Below, piece after piece: positions 23,642 through 32,000 of a stretch of DNA of 32,000 nt. The DNA is from Psychrobacter cryohalolentis K5 (GTDB lineage: Bacteria; Pseudomonadota; Gammaproteobacteria; Pseudomonadales; Moraxellaceae). Under the pieces are notes generated by a model that worked only from the letters and a program-made list of their open reading frames with translations, did not search any database and was not told the origin of the DNA. The stretch covers positions 1,110,001 through 1,142,000 of the forward strand of contig NC_007969.1 of the NCBI RefSeq assembly GCF_000013905.1. The letters run 5' to 3'. Numbering within the stretch: the stretch's first letter is position 1; every line of letters begins with the position of its first letter. The position numbers were made by a program, and so were the translations under genes.

Positions 23642-24901
23642 TTAAACCAACCGCACCTTGCCAGTCAACAGCTGCTGCATCATGCCTTGCTTGATGTCTT
23701 TGGTTTTCTCTAGTCTTCCTTCCAATGCTTGAATCTCCGCATCCATATCGGACAGGATAGTGGCGATGGCGGTTTGTTCTTCAACTAAAGGTAAGGTAAC
23801 TGATGCTTGTTTTATTTCTTTTGTTCCTATATTCGCTTGTACGCCTAGTGATGCTACTCCTTTACAATAAGTTCTCCACAACGGTAAGCTGCTAAGATAT
23901 CTTAGATAGTTAGACTGTGCTAAATCTTTATTTAATCTTAATAAGCCAACACGCTGATTTAATAAGGCTGTATGAGTCAATTCTGCAATAGTCATTTGTC
24001 CAATTAGGTTTTTATCAGGTGTTACATCTGTCATTGCTATAAGTAAGTCACCATCTTTAACCCAAAAGTCTTTAAGATGCTCAAACTGGCTCGCATCCCA
24101 CTTTTTAACTTCATTTGGATTGTATTGGAACGAGCCGTTTAATCCGATCTGTGACATGGTAATAATTGGAGTGCCATTTTTTATATAATCTTTAGCAGAA
24201 AATGAATAGCCATTTCTGAACTCTTTTAGTAGTTTTCCAAACTCAATTACCTCCCAATCCTCAGGAATCTGCCCTAATTCAGTCTGTTTAAGTTCCTTAG
24301 CACTGCCATCATCACGAGTGGCAAACTCAGGCAGGCGAGTTTTACCAGTGAGGATCTGTTGCATGGTGCCGGTTTTAATGGCTTCTTTTTTTGCAATCAG
24401 TTTTTCCAGTGACTGGATTAAATTATCGATATCAGATAGGGCAGTGGCGATAGCGGTTTGTTCAGGTTTCTTTGGTACTGATATTTTAACATTACTAATA
24501 GTACTAGCATTTAAGCTTGGTACGCCTGAAGCTTCGTTATAATTCATCCAGTCAATCAGACAAAACTTATAGAACATGAATTTTTCATCGTAGCCATTAT
24601 GCACTTGTGAATAGAAAAGAGTATCCACTGTCCAAAAGGGTACGTTGATATATCTTGGTTTATTGATAGAGCCTTTTCTACCAATCAATACAGAAGGTTT
24701 GTCATATAGAAAGTCGCTTGCCCATCCCATTTGCCCGCCAGTACCAAATATTGGATATTGACCACGAGTACTTTCAACTTGTTTCTGATCCTTACCATGT
24801 CTGATTGTTAAAGCTTCACCAATATCTTTAACTTCCCAATCCTCAGGGATAACCCCAATTTCAGTTTGCTTATAACCCTCAGGCATTTTAACCTCATTCA
24901 T
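23642..24901 (-). CDS. hsdS: type I R-M specificity subunit
   Basis: 419 aa with the classic duplicated layout. Two variable TRDs are each preceded by IPEDWEV (GVIPEDWEVKDIGE / GQIPEDWEVIEFGK) and followed by a conserved helix (TAIATALSDIDNLIQSLEKLIAKKEAIKTGTMQQILTGKTRLP / TAIATILSDMDAEIQALEGRLEKTKDIKQGMMQQLLTGKVRLV). The start overlaps the hsdM stop (TAATG). Confidence 0.9.
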   Translation of the reverse strand: MNEVKMPEGYKQTEIGVIPEDWEVKDIGEALTIRHGKDQKQVESTRGQYPIFGTGGQMGWASDFLYDKPSVLIGRKGSINKPRYINVPFWTVDTLFYSQVHNGYDEKFMFYKFCLIDWMNYNEASGVPSLNASTISNVKISVPKKPEQTAIATALSDIDNLIQSLEKLIAKKEAIKTGTMQQILTGKTRLPEFATRDDGSAKELKQTELGQIPEDWEVIEFGKLLKEFRNGYSFSAKDYIKNGTPIITMSQIGLNGSFQYNPNEVKKWDASQFEHLKDFWVKDGDLLIAMTDVTPDKNLIGQMTIAELTHTALLNQRVGLLRLNKDLAQSNYLRYLSSLPLWRTYCKGVASLGVQANIGTKEIKQASVTLPLVEEQTAIATILSDMDAEIQALEGRLEKTKDIKQGMMQQLLTGKVRLV

Positions 24902-27330
24902 TACGCCACTCCCATCGCTTGCAGATGCGCTTGCACTTTTTGACCTAACATCTCCACCTCATCTACGATTTGCGATAAAGGCTCAGCATAACGCTCATCC
25001 AGTTCTTTAATACGGTTAGCAAGCTGGGCAGTGATACGCTCAATCTCATCTTCGATACGCCCTTGTAGAGTGGCGTGCCATTTATCCTCGATCAATAGCG
25101 TTTTGATAGCCGCTTCATCCAAAGTCGGGTAGTGTTTAAATACCGCCAGATCCAATGTTTCTTGCGCTTCTTTTAATACCTTTTTCGCATTGGCTTCTAA
25201 CTCGAAGTAAGCGAGCAGTTGCTTGAGTGCCTCGATTTCATCGCTATCGGTGGCGAGCTTTAGACGCGCGTTGACGCTAGACTTATTAAAGCTGCCTTTT
25301 TCATTAGCGGCATCGGCTAGTAAGCCTTCCTCATCTCCATGCTCCTCAACGTAGTCAGCTATGGTACTTGAGATGGTGTCTAGCTCAGCCTGTAGTGCAT
25401 CGATATGGGCTTGCTCATCGCTATAGTAGCGGTCGATGATAAGCGCAGGCGGGATAAGCTCCGCTTTATATTTCACCTTATTAATAATCAGGTCAGGCTC
25501 TTCCTTAAGCTTTTCACCTTTAGCCACGACCAACTTGCGTAGCTGGGCTCCGACTTGCCAGCCATCTTGACTAATGGCATAGACATCGTCCTGCAAGCTT
25601 TCACTCCAGTAGTCCATCAAGATTTGATAAATATCATACTTATCTAGCAGCGGCGCTATTTCGTAGCGTTGTAGCAGGTCTTCACTGATTTTGTGGATAA
25701 GGGCTTTAGGCCTATCGCCTTTGGTGATTTCACTTAACTGAGTAGCTTGCCACCAGTCATTGAATGGCGTTAGGCTTTGCTCAGCAAAGGTAATGAACTC
25801 AGGATGAGCCAATACCGCCGCCTTGATCTCAGTCGATGCCACGAGACACTCACAGTAACCGTTTCCACTATGCTTAAGCTCGGAGAATAGCGTTTTGCGT
25901 AAGTTAGGTAATACCTGCCAATAAGACTCTAGAGAGTCGATATCGGCAACAGGAATACCGCCTTTTAAATGCGCGGTTAGATCGTGCTGATCTTCATCAA
26001 TACTGGCATCGATATAGCGTGGAATGTTTAAGTTATAGTCGTTATCGATGATCTCATCCAACTCAACCATTCGGCTATAGCCTGTCAGATTCAGTTGAGA
26101 GTTAAAGACATCGACGATTTTGTGAATATCTTGGCTACGTAGACGGTTTTTATTACCGTCTTTCATATAGCCCCGGCTAGCATCGACCATAAACAGACCC
26201 GCGTCACCTTTGGCTCGGCTCTGTGCGGTGTTTTTATCAATCACGATGACACAAGCAGGGATGCCCGTACCGTAGAACAGGTTAGCTGGCAAGCCTATGA
26301 TACCTTTGATATAGCCTTGCTTGATTAAGTTCTGGCGAATATGCGCTTCGGCATTGCCTCGGAACAGCACACCATGTGGCAAAATGACTGCGCCAACACC
26401 CGTGCTTTTTAAGCTTTTGATAATATGTAATAGAAAAGCATAATCACCGTTCTTCTCGGGCGGAATACCCCAAGTAAAGCGGTCAAACTCATCCGACTCT
26501 GGGTTTAAACCACTGGTCCAGTTCTTATTACTAAACGGCGGGTTTGCTACGATAAAATCGAAAGTCTTGAGCTGATTGCCTTCTACAAAGTGCGGAGAGG
26601 ATAGGGTGTTGCCTTTATAGATGTCAGCACCTGTTGCTCCATGCAATATCATATTCATCTTTGCCAATGCGGTAGTCGCGAAGTCCATCTCTTGACCATA
26701 GATAGTCAAGCCACGTGGCGCTTCATCGCTAACTTTAAGCAGTAGAGAGCCTGAACCGCAGGCTGGGTCGTATACAGTCGCGTCTAGTGGTGTATTGTCG
26801 TCAACACCAATAATCTTCGCCAAAATACGTGATACTTCCGATGGCGTATAAAACTGCCCCTTAGATTTACCAGATTCAGTAGCGAAGTGACGCATGAGGT
26901 ATTCGTAAGCATCGCCTAGTAGGTCATCACCATCAGCACGGTTGCCTGATAAATCCAATCCTTCAAAAATACCAATCAGCTTCGATAAGCGATCGACATG
27001 CTCTTTGCCTGTACCGAGTTTTTCTTCATCGTTAAAGTCAGCAACATCAATGACACCGCGCAAACCGTTGGCTTCAGCCAGCTTAGCGATAATCTTGTCG
27101 ACTTTTTCGCCAATCTCTTTATCACCCTTCAGCGCGACCATATCATCGAAGCTACCACCTTCCGGCACTACGATATCGCCAAAAGCGTCGTCTTTGTATT
27201 TATCAGACACATACTTCATAAATAACATGGTCAATACATAGTCCTTGTATTGACTCGCATCCATGCCGCCGCGTAACTCGTTACAGCTTGCCCAAAGGGT
27301 AGAATAAATCTCGGTTTTCTTAAGTGCCAT
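24901..27330 (-). CDS. hsdM: type I R-M N6-adenine DNA methyltransferase subunit, long form (809 aa)
   Basis: N-terminal HsdM_N-like LWASCNELRGGMDASQYKDYVLTMLFMKYVSD. SAM motif I VYDPACGSGSLLL and catalytic motif IV FIVANPPFS. An additional ~330-aa C-terminal region is rich in predicted helices and coiled coil. Confidence 0.95.
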   Translation of the reverse strand: MALKKTEIYSTLWASCNELRGGMDASQYKDYVLTMLFMKYVSDKYKDDAFGDIVVPEGGSFDDMVALKGDKEIGEKVDKIIAKLAEANGLRGVIDVADFNDEEKLGTGKEHVDRLSKLIGIFEGLDLSGNRADGDDLLGDAYEYLMRHFATESGKSKGQFYTPSEVSRILAKIIGVDDNTPLDATVYDPACGSGSLLLKVSDEAPRGLTIYGQEMDFATTALAKMNMILHGATGADIYKGNTLSSPHFVEGNQLKTFDFIVANPPFSNKNWTSGLNPESDEFDRFTWGIPPEKNGDYAFLLHIIKSLKSTGVGAVILPHGVLFRGNAEAHIRQNLIKQGYIKGIIGLPANLFYGTGIPACVIVIDKNTAQSRAKGDAGLFMVDASRGYMKDGNKNRLRSQDIHKIVDVFNSQLNLTGYSRMVELDEIIDNDYNLNIPRYIDASIDEDQHDLTAHLKGGIPVADIDSLESYWQVLPNLRKTLFSELKHSGNGYCECLVASTEIKAAVLAHPEFITFAEQSLTPFNDWWQATQLSEITKGDRPKALIHKISEDLLQRYEIAPLLDKYDIYQILMDYWSESLQDDVYAISQDGWQVGAQLRKLVVAKGEKLKEEPDLIINKVKYKAELIPPALIIDRYYSDEQAHIDALQAELDTISSTIADYVEEHGDEEGLLADAANEKGSFNKSSVNARLKLATDSDEIEALKQLLAYFELEANAKKVLKEAQETLDLAVFKHYPTLDEAAIKTLLIEDKWHATLQGRIEDEIERITAQLANRIKELDERYAEPLSQIVDEVEMLGQKVQAHLQAMGVA

Positions 27331-27831
27331 AGTTATAAGTCTTATAATCAGAGAATGTTTTATTAAGTGAAAAAATTATCGAAGAATGGTATCACATTAC
27401 AGCTCGTATTCTCGTCATATAGACTGACTTAAAGGGCTAATAGATATACGCTCTAGTCTAGCGTCAGTGTTGATAGGATAGAAGATAATTAAAATAGTAA
27501 TAGAGATTCACACGTCATCTAATGTCGTAAGTAGTCAGCGGTAATTTAAACTATAGTTATTCTCTGATCAAAAATATAAATGCATGTAGCTATTAAGTCT
27601 CAAATTTATCTATTATTTTCTAGATATTAGTCGTCAATCATTTTCTAGTCATTTGTTTATGTTACTATTCCATTTTTATAAGTTACAGCTTGTAATGACG
27701 GGTCTTGCTTGTCGTTATAGATAGTTTTTGACCTAGATATTTATTACTAAATTGTGCTGACTTTAATTTGGTTATGTTTAGTTTAAATAGTATAACTTTC
27801 AATCTTTTATTTGATGGGATAGGTGATATTG

Positions 27832-29898
27832 ATGGATTGGCTAAAAGTAGCGCAGTTTTCGCAAGGCTATTATGTTTTTCCTGCAATAATTTTCATCTTT
27901 ATTGCTTACATCAGTTTGCGGTTTTTCTTAAACTATTTAAGTCCTGCTAAGGAACTAAACAATAAAATATCACAACTAGCTGATGAATTAGACAAGCTTA
28001 ATGACAACTCTAATCTTGATAAAGACCCATTAGATGTAAAGTTTGATGGCAACCCTTCTTTGAAGCAAGCTTGGACAAGTTATAAAAAAACCTTCCATGA
28101 TACTTATGAAACAGTGGATGGCGAAGCTAAGGTAGCTTATTCACGGGCAACTGTACCAAGTGAGGTGTTTTTTACGGAATCCATTGTTGTCGATATACCG
28201 TTGAAAGTAGATTTTTATAAGCATCTACCAGGCATTATTACTGGTGTCGGTATTATCGTGACATTTCTTGGTTTGCTAATTGGGTTATTAGCGTTTGACC
28301 CTGCTGGCAATCCTGATAAAGTCCAAGACAGTTTGGCATTATTGCTAACAGGTGTCGCAGAAGCGTTTATGGCCTCTGGCTTAGCTATCGCAGCTGCCAT
28401 GGTTATTACTTGGCGTGAAAAATCATGGCTTAGACAGTGCTACGCACAATTACAACGGTTGAATACAGCCATTGATAACGCCTTTACTGCTGATGAAAGT
28501 GGTGAGGAGTATCTAGCCAAGTTACTCAAGTCATCCCAAGCCAATGAAGTCAATGCCAGGCAACTTAAAGATAGTCTGGTTAATGATTTAAAAACCATGA
28601 TGACTAACTTGGTCGAAGAGAATAAAAGAAATCAAGCTGCTTTTGCTTCACAGCTAAGTGACTCTTATGCGCAAACAAGCCAGTCTATGGCAACCCAAAT
28701 TGGCGATTCGATTAAAGATAGCCTTCAAGATCCTTTAGATAAAATTGCATCGAGCGTGCAGCAAGTCAGCGGTGACCAAGGTTCGGCTGTGCAAGACCTT
28801 ATGACTGATGTGTTAACTGCTTTTATGAGTAAGCTAGAAACGACATTTGGCGGTCAAATGACAGGTATGAGCGAGATGATGACACAATCTGTCACTGCTA
28901 TGCGTGAGATGCAGTTAGGTTTTTCTCAATTGATTACTGATATGCAAACTAACAGTGAAGTCTCAACTAAAACGTTAGAGACCCAAATGGCTAAAATGAT
29001 GGAAGATATTCATCTAAAGCAGAATGAGATGTCTATCCAAATGAACGAAATGGTAGAGAATCTATCTGCGGGTTCGGCTAAGATTGGTGATCAAGGGTTA
29101 TATGCTGTTGAGCAGTTAAATAGTAAGGTTTCAGAGCTTGTCTCAGGTCTAGGTAACTCAATGTCAGGTTTACTGTCAAATGTTGCAGAGCAACGTATCG
29201 AGCAGGATCGCCAAATATCAGATAATCAACAGAAATTGCACGAGCAGTCGTCTGTATTGATTGATAGCTTAGGCAGTGAAATTAAAGAGCTTATTACGCA
29301 TAGCAAAGAAGCAGTTCAAACTCATAAAGAAAACATCCAAAAACTGTCTCAAGTAACCACCGATAGTATCACTGGTATGAATAGTGGTGCAGAAAGAATG
29401 GGCTTGGCTGCTGAGCAGTTTACTACGGCTGGTAGTTCGCTAAGCACAGTGACTGGTAAAACATCAGAGCTTATTGCACAGGTTAATACGACTTCAACCA
29501 ACATGACCAGTGCAAGCAGTAATCTTATTGAGTTGATAAGAGATTATAAGAACTCTAAAAATAGCGTTAATCTTGCCATTGAAACACTAGAAACTCTCAT
29601 TCAACAGTCAAAATCTGAAGCTGGTATGACTAGTCAAATGCTTGATGATATGCAGAATATGACGACAGCTTTAAGCCAAGTTAAGAAGGAAATGCAAGAA
29701 TATTTGGCAGAAGTTAGTGATGTTCTAGTGAAGAGCTTTGATAGCTTTGGTACTTCCGTTGAAAGTAGTTTAAATCAATCGTTAGTGTCTTTTGACAACA
29801 CACTTGATCAAGCTGTCAAACGTCTCGCAACTGGTGTTGAAGGCTTAGGTAATGTGGTTGAAGACCTTGAAGATCTTACCCAAAGAACTAGACGCTAA
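27832..29898 (+). CDS. zorA: ZorA (Zorya MotA/ExbB-like membrane subunit with long coiled-coil tail)
   Basis: Three TM segments: YYVFPAIIFIFIAYISLRFFL; LPGIITGVGIIVTFLGLLIGLLAF, resembling the MotA/TolQ/ExbB channel helix; and LLLTGVAEAFMASGLAIAAAMVITW. These are followed by a ~480-aa Q/S/T/M-rich helical tail. Next come a MotB-like gene and a ZorC-like gene. The track start is GTG 27823; ATG 27832 has AGGTGA 5 nt upstream. Confidence 0.8.
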   Translation: MDWLKVAQFSQGYYVFPAIIFIFIAYISLRFFLNYLSPAKELNNKISQLADELDKLNDNSNLDKDPLDVKFDGNPSLKQAWTSYKKTFHDTYETVDGEAKVAYSRATVPSEVFFTESIVVDIPLKVDFYKHLPGIITGVGIIVTFLGLLIGLLAFDPAGNPDKVQDSLALLLTGVAEAFMASGLAIAAAMVITWREKSWLRQCYAQLQRLNTAIDNAFTADESGEEYLAKLLKSSQANEVNARQLKDSLVNDLKTMMTNLVEENKRNQAAFASQLSDSYAQTSQSMATQIGDSIKDSLQDPLDKIASSVQQVSGDQGSAVQDLMTDVLTAFMSKLETTFGGQMTGMSEMMTQSVTAMREMQLGFSQLITDMQTNSEVSTKTLETQMAKMMEDIHLKQNEMSIQMNEMVENLSAGSAKIGDQGLYAVEQLNSKVSELVSGLGNSMSGLLSNVAEQRIEQDRQISDNQQKLHEQSSVLIDSLGSEIKELITHSKEAVQTHKENIQKLSQVTTDSITGMNSGAERMGLAAEQFTTAGSSLSTVTGKTSELIAQVNTTSTNMTSASSNLIELIRDYKNSKNSVNLAIETLETLIQQSKSEAGMTSQMLDDMQNMTTALSQVKKEMQEYLAEVSDVLVKSFDSFGTSVESSLNQSLVSFDNTLDQAVKRLATGVEGLGNVVEDLEDLTQRTRR

Positions 29899-29916
29899 TT
29901 TTGGAGTGTATCGCTA

Positions 29917-30648
29917 ATGATTGGTAATAGGTACGCTAAAAAAACTCGTTCGAAGGATGAGGGTGAGAAGCCTTTTTGGATCTCATTTGCTGACTTAATG
30001 ACAGCACTAATGACGCTCTTTTTAGTAGTGATGGCAGTATCTTTAATGGTCGTCACTAAAAAAATCAACGAAGCAACGCAAGCTGAAAAAGAACGTAGTT
30101 CAGAGATCTTGGATATTTGTACTGGTATTAAAGACGACCCTACTTTAAAGAATCAGCTCATTACCGTAGATTGTAAAGAGAACCGTATTAACTTTGGTGA
30201 AGCAGGTCGCTTTGGGCATAACGATTACCGGTTGAATGCAGAGGGTATAAAGGCTTTAAGTGCTTTAGTTCCTGTTGTCTTGGAAGCGGCTAATAGTGAA
30301 AACGGCAAAAAATGGTTTAAACAGATTGTGATTGAAGGCTTTACAGATACCGATGGATCATATTTATATAACCTGAATTTAAGCTTGCGTCGTTCGGAGT
30401 GGGTGATGTGTAGCTTATTGGATCCCACATTTAATCAAGAGCTCACTTTAACTGACGCGCAAAAAAACCAAATCAAACAGCTGTTTCTAGCTGGAGGTGT
30501 ATCGTTTAATTCAGCAAAAGACAGTAAAGAAGCTTCGCGCCGTGTAGAACTAAGAATGCAGTTTTATGGCTTAAAAGAAAAAGACAGTGCTGAGGCGCAG
30601 CCTATTTTTGTTTCTGCCCCTATTGAAACCTGTCAGCTGGCAAGGTAA
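29917..30648 (+). CDS. zorB: ZorB (MotB/OmpA-like peptidoglycan-binding stator subunit)
   Basis: 243 aa with a GGAG SD. MotB-type N-terminus PFWISFADLMTALMTLFLVVMAV, with the conserved Asp ahead of the TM. C-terminal OmpA-like motif IVIEGFTDTDGSYLYNLNLSLRRSEWV...RRVELRM. Confidence 0.85.
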   Translation: MIGNRYAKKTRSKDEGEKPFWISFADLMTALMTLFLVVMAVSLMVVTKKINEATQAEKERSSEILDICTGIKDDPTLKNQLITVDCKENRINFGEAGRFGHNDYRLNAEGIKALSALVPVVLEAANSENGKKWFKQIVIEGFTDTDGSYLYNLNLSLRRSEWVMCSLLDPTFNQELTLTDAQKNQIKQLFLAGGVSFNSAKDSKEASRRVELRMQFYGLKEKDSAEAQPIFVSAPIETCQLAR

Positions 30649-30653
30649 ATGTG

Positions 30654-32000
30654 ATGAGTATCGCTATATTAAAGCAGAGGCTGAATCAGAGTGTCAATAA
30701 TTTCTCTGACCCTGCCCAAATACATAATAAATTTGCCAAACCGACCAAATTAATTAAGACGTTAGCAATCATTGAACGTAAGTTTGATGAGATGGAGAGT
30801 ATTCAGCCTATCGAAGAAAAAATTGTTAACTCAATTTTAAAACTAGAAAAGCATGGTACCGACTATCTAACAAAACGTGATTGGAAGAACCTATCGTGGT
30901 CACTCAGTAAAAAGCTGCTAAGTTATGAAGATAAAATACTCTTCACCTTCAAAGGTAGCGAGTTCATTGAACAATTTAGCAAAATTGATCCTGAGTTACT
31001 AAAGGTTGTTTATTTCCCTTTGCTTTATAGTTATTTTGCGGTAGAACAAGCTGAAATAAATAAACGGCCCAATAACTGGATTCAGCTCAGGAATATCTTA
31101 AATACCAATCGGTCTACGTTATTTCAAGCCACTCTTAAGCCTAAAAAATGGCTTACTACGTTAACGGAGCATCCTGAAGTGCTCTCGCTAGATCCTTCTA
31201 AAAGATTTATTCGTGACTTTTTATACAATAGCGATGACAGTAGAGTCAGTAGTCAATTAGAAAGCTTAAGCATTGCTCCTAATAGCTGGTTTTGGGATAG
31301 CTTGATAAGCTCATCTATCAAGTCAGTCAAGACAATGAAGGAAGATGACTACTTTAAAGTGATACCACGTTTGTTACTTCTTCTAGAAAAGAATCCAATT
31401 TATACCACCGCTATTTTAACGGCTCTACTTGAACGTTATGCTTCTACCTCAAAACGTACACTTGTACATGAAGCTTTAAAGCACGTCTGTTTGACGCAAT
31501 GGGGTAACCCGCAATATGACTCAGCAGCAGGTTGGCGGAATGTAAACCCAGATACTAGAAAAATGGTGGTTCAATGGTTTGTAAGAGCAGATTTAGAAGC
31601 TTTCTTTAAATTGTTCAGCCATACAGCTGATGTCGATCGTTTTAACTATTGGATAAAGTTTATTGACAAAATTTCTTTTTCTCAGATATTTTTAGGCCCA
31701 GCTGCCGTACAATCTAGACATGCTGAGCATAGAAAGTTCAGAGAGCTTAACCGTGGCAGACTGAAAAACCTTGTAGGTTCTACTGCTAGTAATAATGCCT
31801 TTCTACTTAAAATCGATAACATCTATATTGTTGATTTTTCAGATACAGGAAATGCTTGTTATGGATATAGTACTTTTCCTTTTGACATTAATAAGAAAAA
31901 CATAGGTGTTTATGAGTTAAAGAACAAGCCGCAGTCCATCTTTAAAAGCGAGTACGGTCTAGGAATGAGTTTGAGTCATTCAGGAAATTGGGAAGCTAGA
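30654..32000 (+). CDS. zorC: ZorC-like protein (EH-signature-type), 3'-truncated by the window end
   Basis: Not in the supplied ORF track because it has no stop inside the window. My hand translation from ATG 30654 (an in-frame GTG lies at 30651) gives 449 uninterrupted codons to position 32000: MSIAILKQRLNQSV...WGNPQYDSAAGWRNVNPDTRKMVVQWFVRADLEAFFKLFSHTADVDRFNYWIKFIDKI...AFLLKIDNIYIVDFSDTGNACYGY...LSHSGNWEAR. Its position right after zorAB and the W/R-rich motifs fit ZorC. Family assignment is from memory, not a search. Confidence 0.7.
   Translation, partial: MSIAILKQRLNQSVNNFSDPAQIHNKFAKPTKLIKTLAIIERKFDEMESIQPIEEKIVNSILKLEKHGTDYLTKRDWKNLSWSLSKKLLSYEDKILFTFKGSEFIEQFSKIDPELLKVVYFPLLYSYFAVEQAEINKRPNNWIQLRNILNTNRSTLFQATLKPKKWLTTLTEHPEVLSLDPSKRFIRDFLYNSDDSRVSSQLESLSIAPNSWFWDSLISSSIKSVKTMKEDDYFKVIPRLLLLLEKNPIYTTAILTALLERYASTSKRTLVHEALKHVCLTQWGNPQYDSAAGWRNVNPDTRKMVVQWFVRADLEAFFKLFSHTADVDRFNYWIKFIDKISFSQIFLGPAAVQSRHAEHRKFRELNRGRLKNLVGSTASNNAFLLKIDNIYIVDFSDTGNACYGYSTFPFDINKKNIGVYELKNKPQSIFKSEYGLGMSLSHSGNWEAR

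Noticed and set aside
20116-27241. Embedded short ORFs: 20116-20307 (-), 20450-20638 (+), 22292-22549 (+), 24318-24542 (+), 26942-27241 (+), 26998-27225 (+)
   Set aside because: They lie inside the DUF262 genes, hsdS and hsdM and give low-complexity off-frame translations.
27683-27950. ORFs 27683-27886 (-) and 27768-27950 (+) in the hsdM/zorA spacer and zorA 5' end; also 28215-28400 (-) and 30225-30428 (-)
   Set aside because: They overlap the zorA or zorB coding frames or the AT-rich promoter spacer. No SD and no recognisable features. The spacer more plausibly holds the divergent promoters.
27823-30648. zorA/zorB read as a flagellar stator (MotAB), TolQR/ExbBD pair, or zorA as a methyl-accepting chemotaxis protein because of its Q/S/T/M-rich helical tail
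   Set aside because: The A subunit has a ~480-aa cytoplasmic coiled-coil tail that MotA/TolQ/ExbB lack. The conserved MCP signalling hairpin motif is not present. The next gene is ZorC-like, and the context is a defence island rather than a flagellar or Tol/Ton locus.

Overview
The window reads as a dense anti-phage / anti-MGE defence island from an AT-rich, probably gammaproteobacterial genome. No organism can be assigned from the sequence alone. Left to right it contains:
(1) A visibly AT-richer block (about 1-6100) with a small membrane protein and two convergent giant leucine-rich-repeat (LRR) paralogs. They share an N-terminal Trp-rich cap and an unrecognised ~190-aa C-terminal domain.
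(2) A McrBC-type type IV restriction system whose McrB has a very long N-terminal extension, followed by an ORF with a degenerate nucleotidyltransferase-like fold.
(3) A scar of two truncated IS ends.
(4) An unknown 301-aa protein plus a YqiA-like alpha/beta hydrolase.
(5) A tight PP2C phosphatase / HTH-WYL regulator / short LRR protein cluster. The short LRR protein carries the same N-terminal cap as the two giant LRR proteins, and its C-terminus resembles the C-terminal subdomain of FtsZ in my hand alignment.
(6) On the minus strand, a complete type I R-M operon in the order hsdM-hsdS-[DUF262]-[DUF262+DUF1524, GmrSD-like]-hsdR-[DUF45/M48 peptidase].
(7) A type I Zorya locus (zorA, zorB, and a zorC that runs off the window end and is absent from the ORF track).
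McrBC, type I R-M, GmrSD-like and Zorya are known families. The best candidates for something undescribed are the three-member cap-LRR-variable-C-terminus protein family and the PP2C-WYL-LRR/FtsZ_C-like cluster. I saw no rRNA, tRNA or CRISPR array. All domain calls come from motif recognition by eye. No database search was run.
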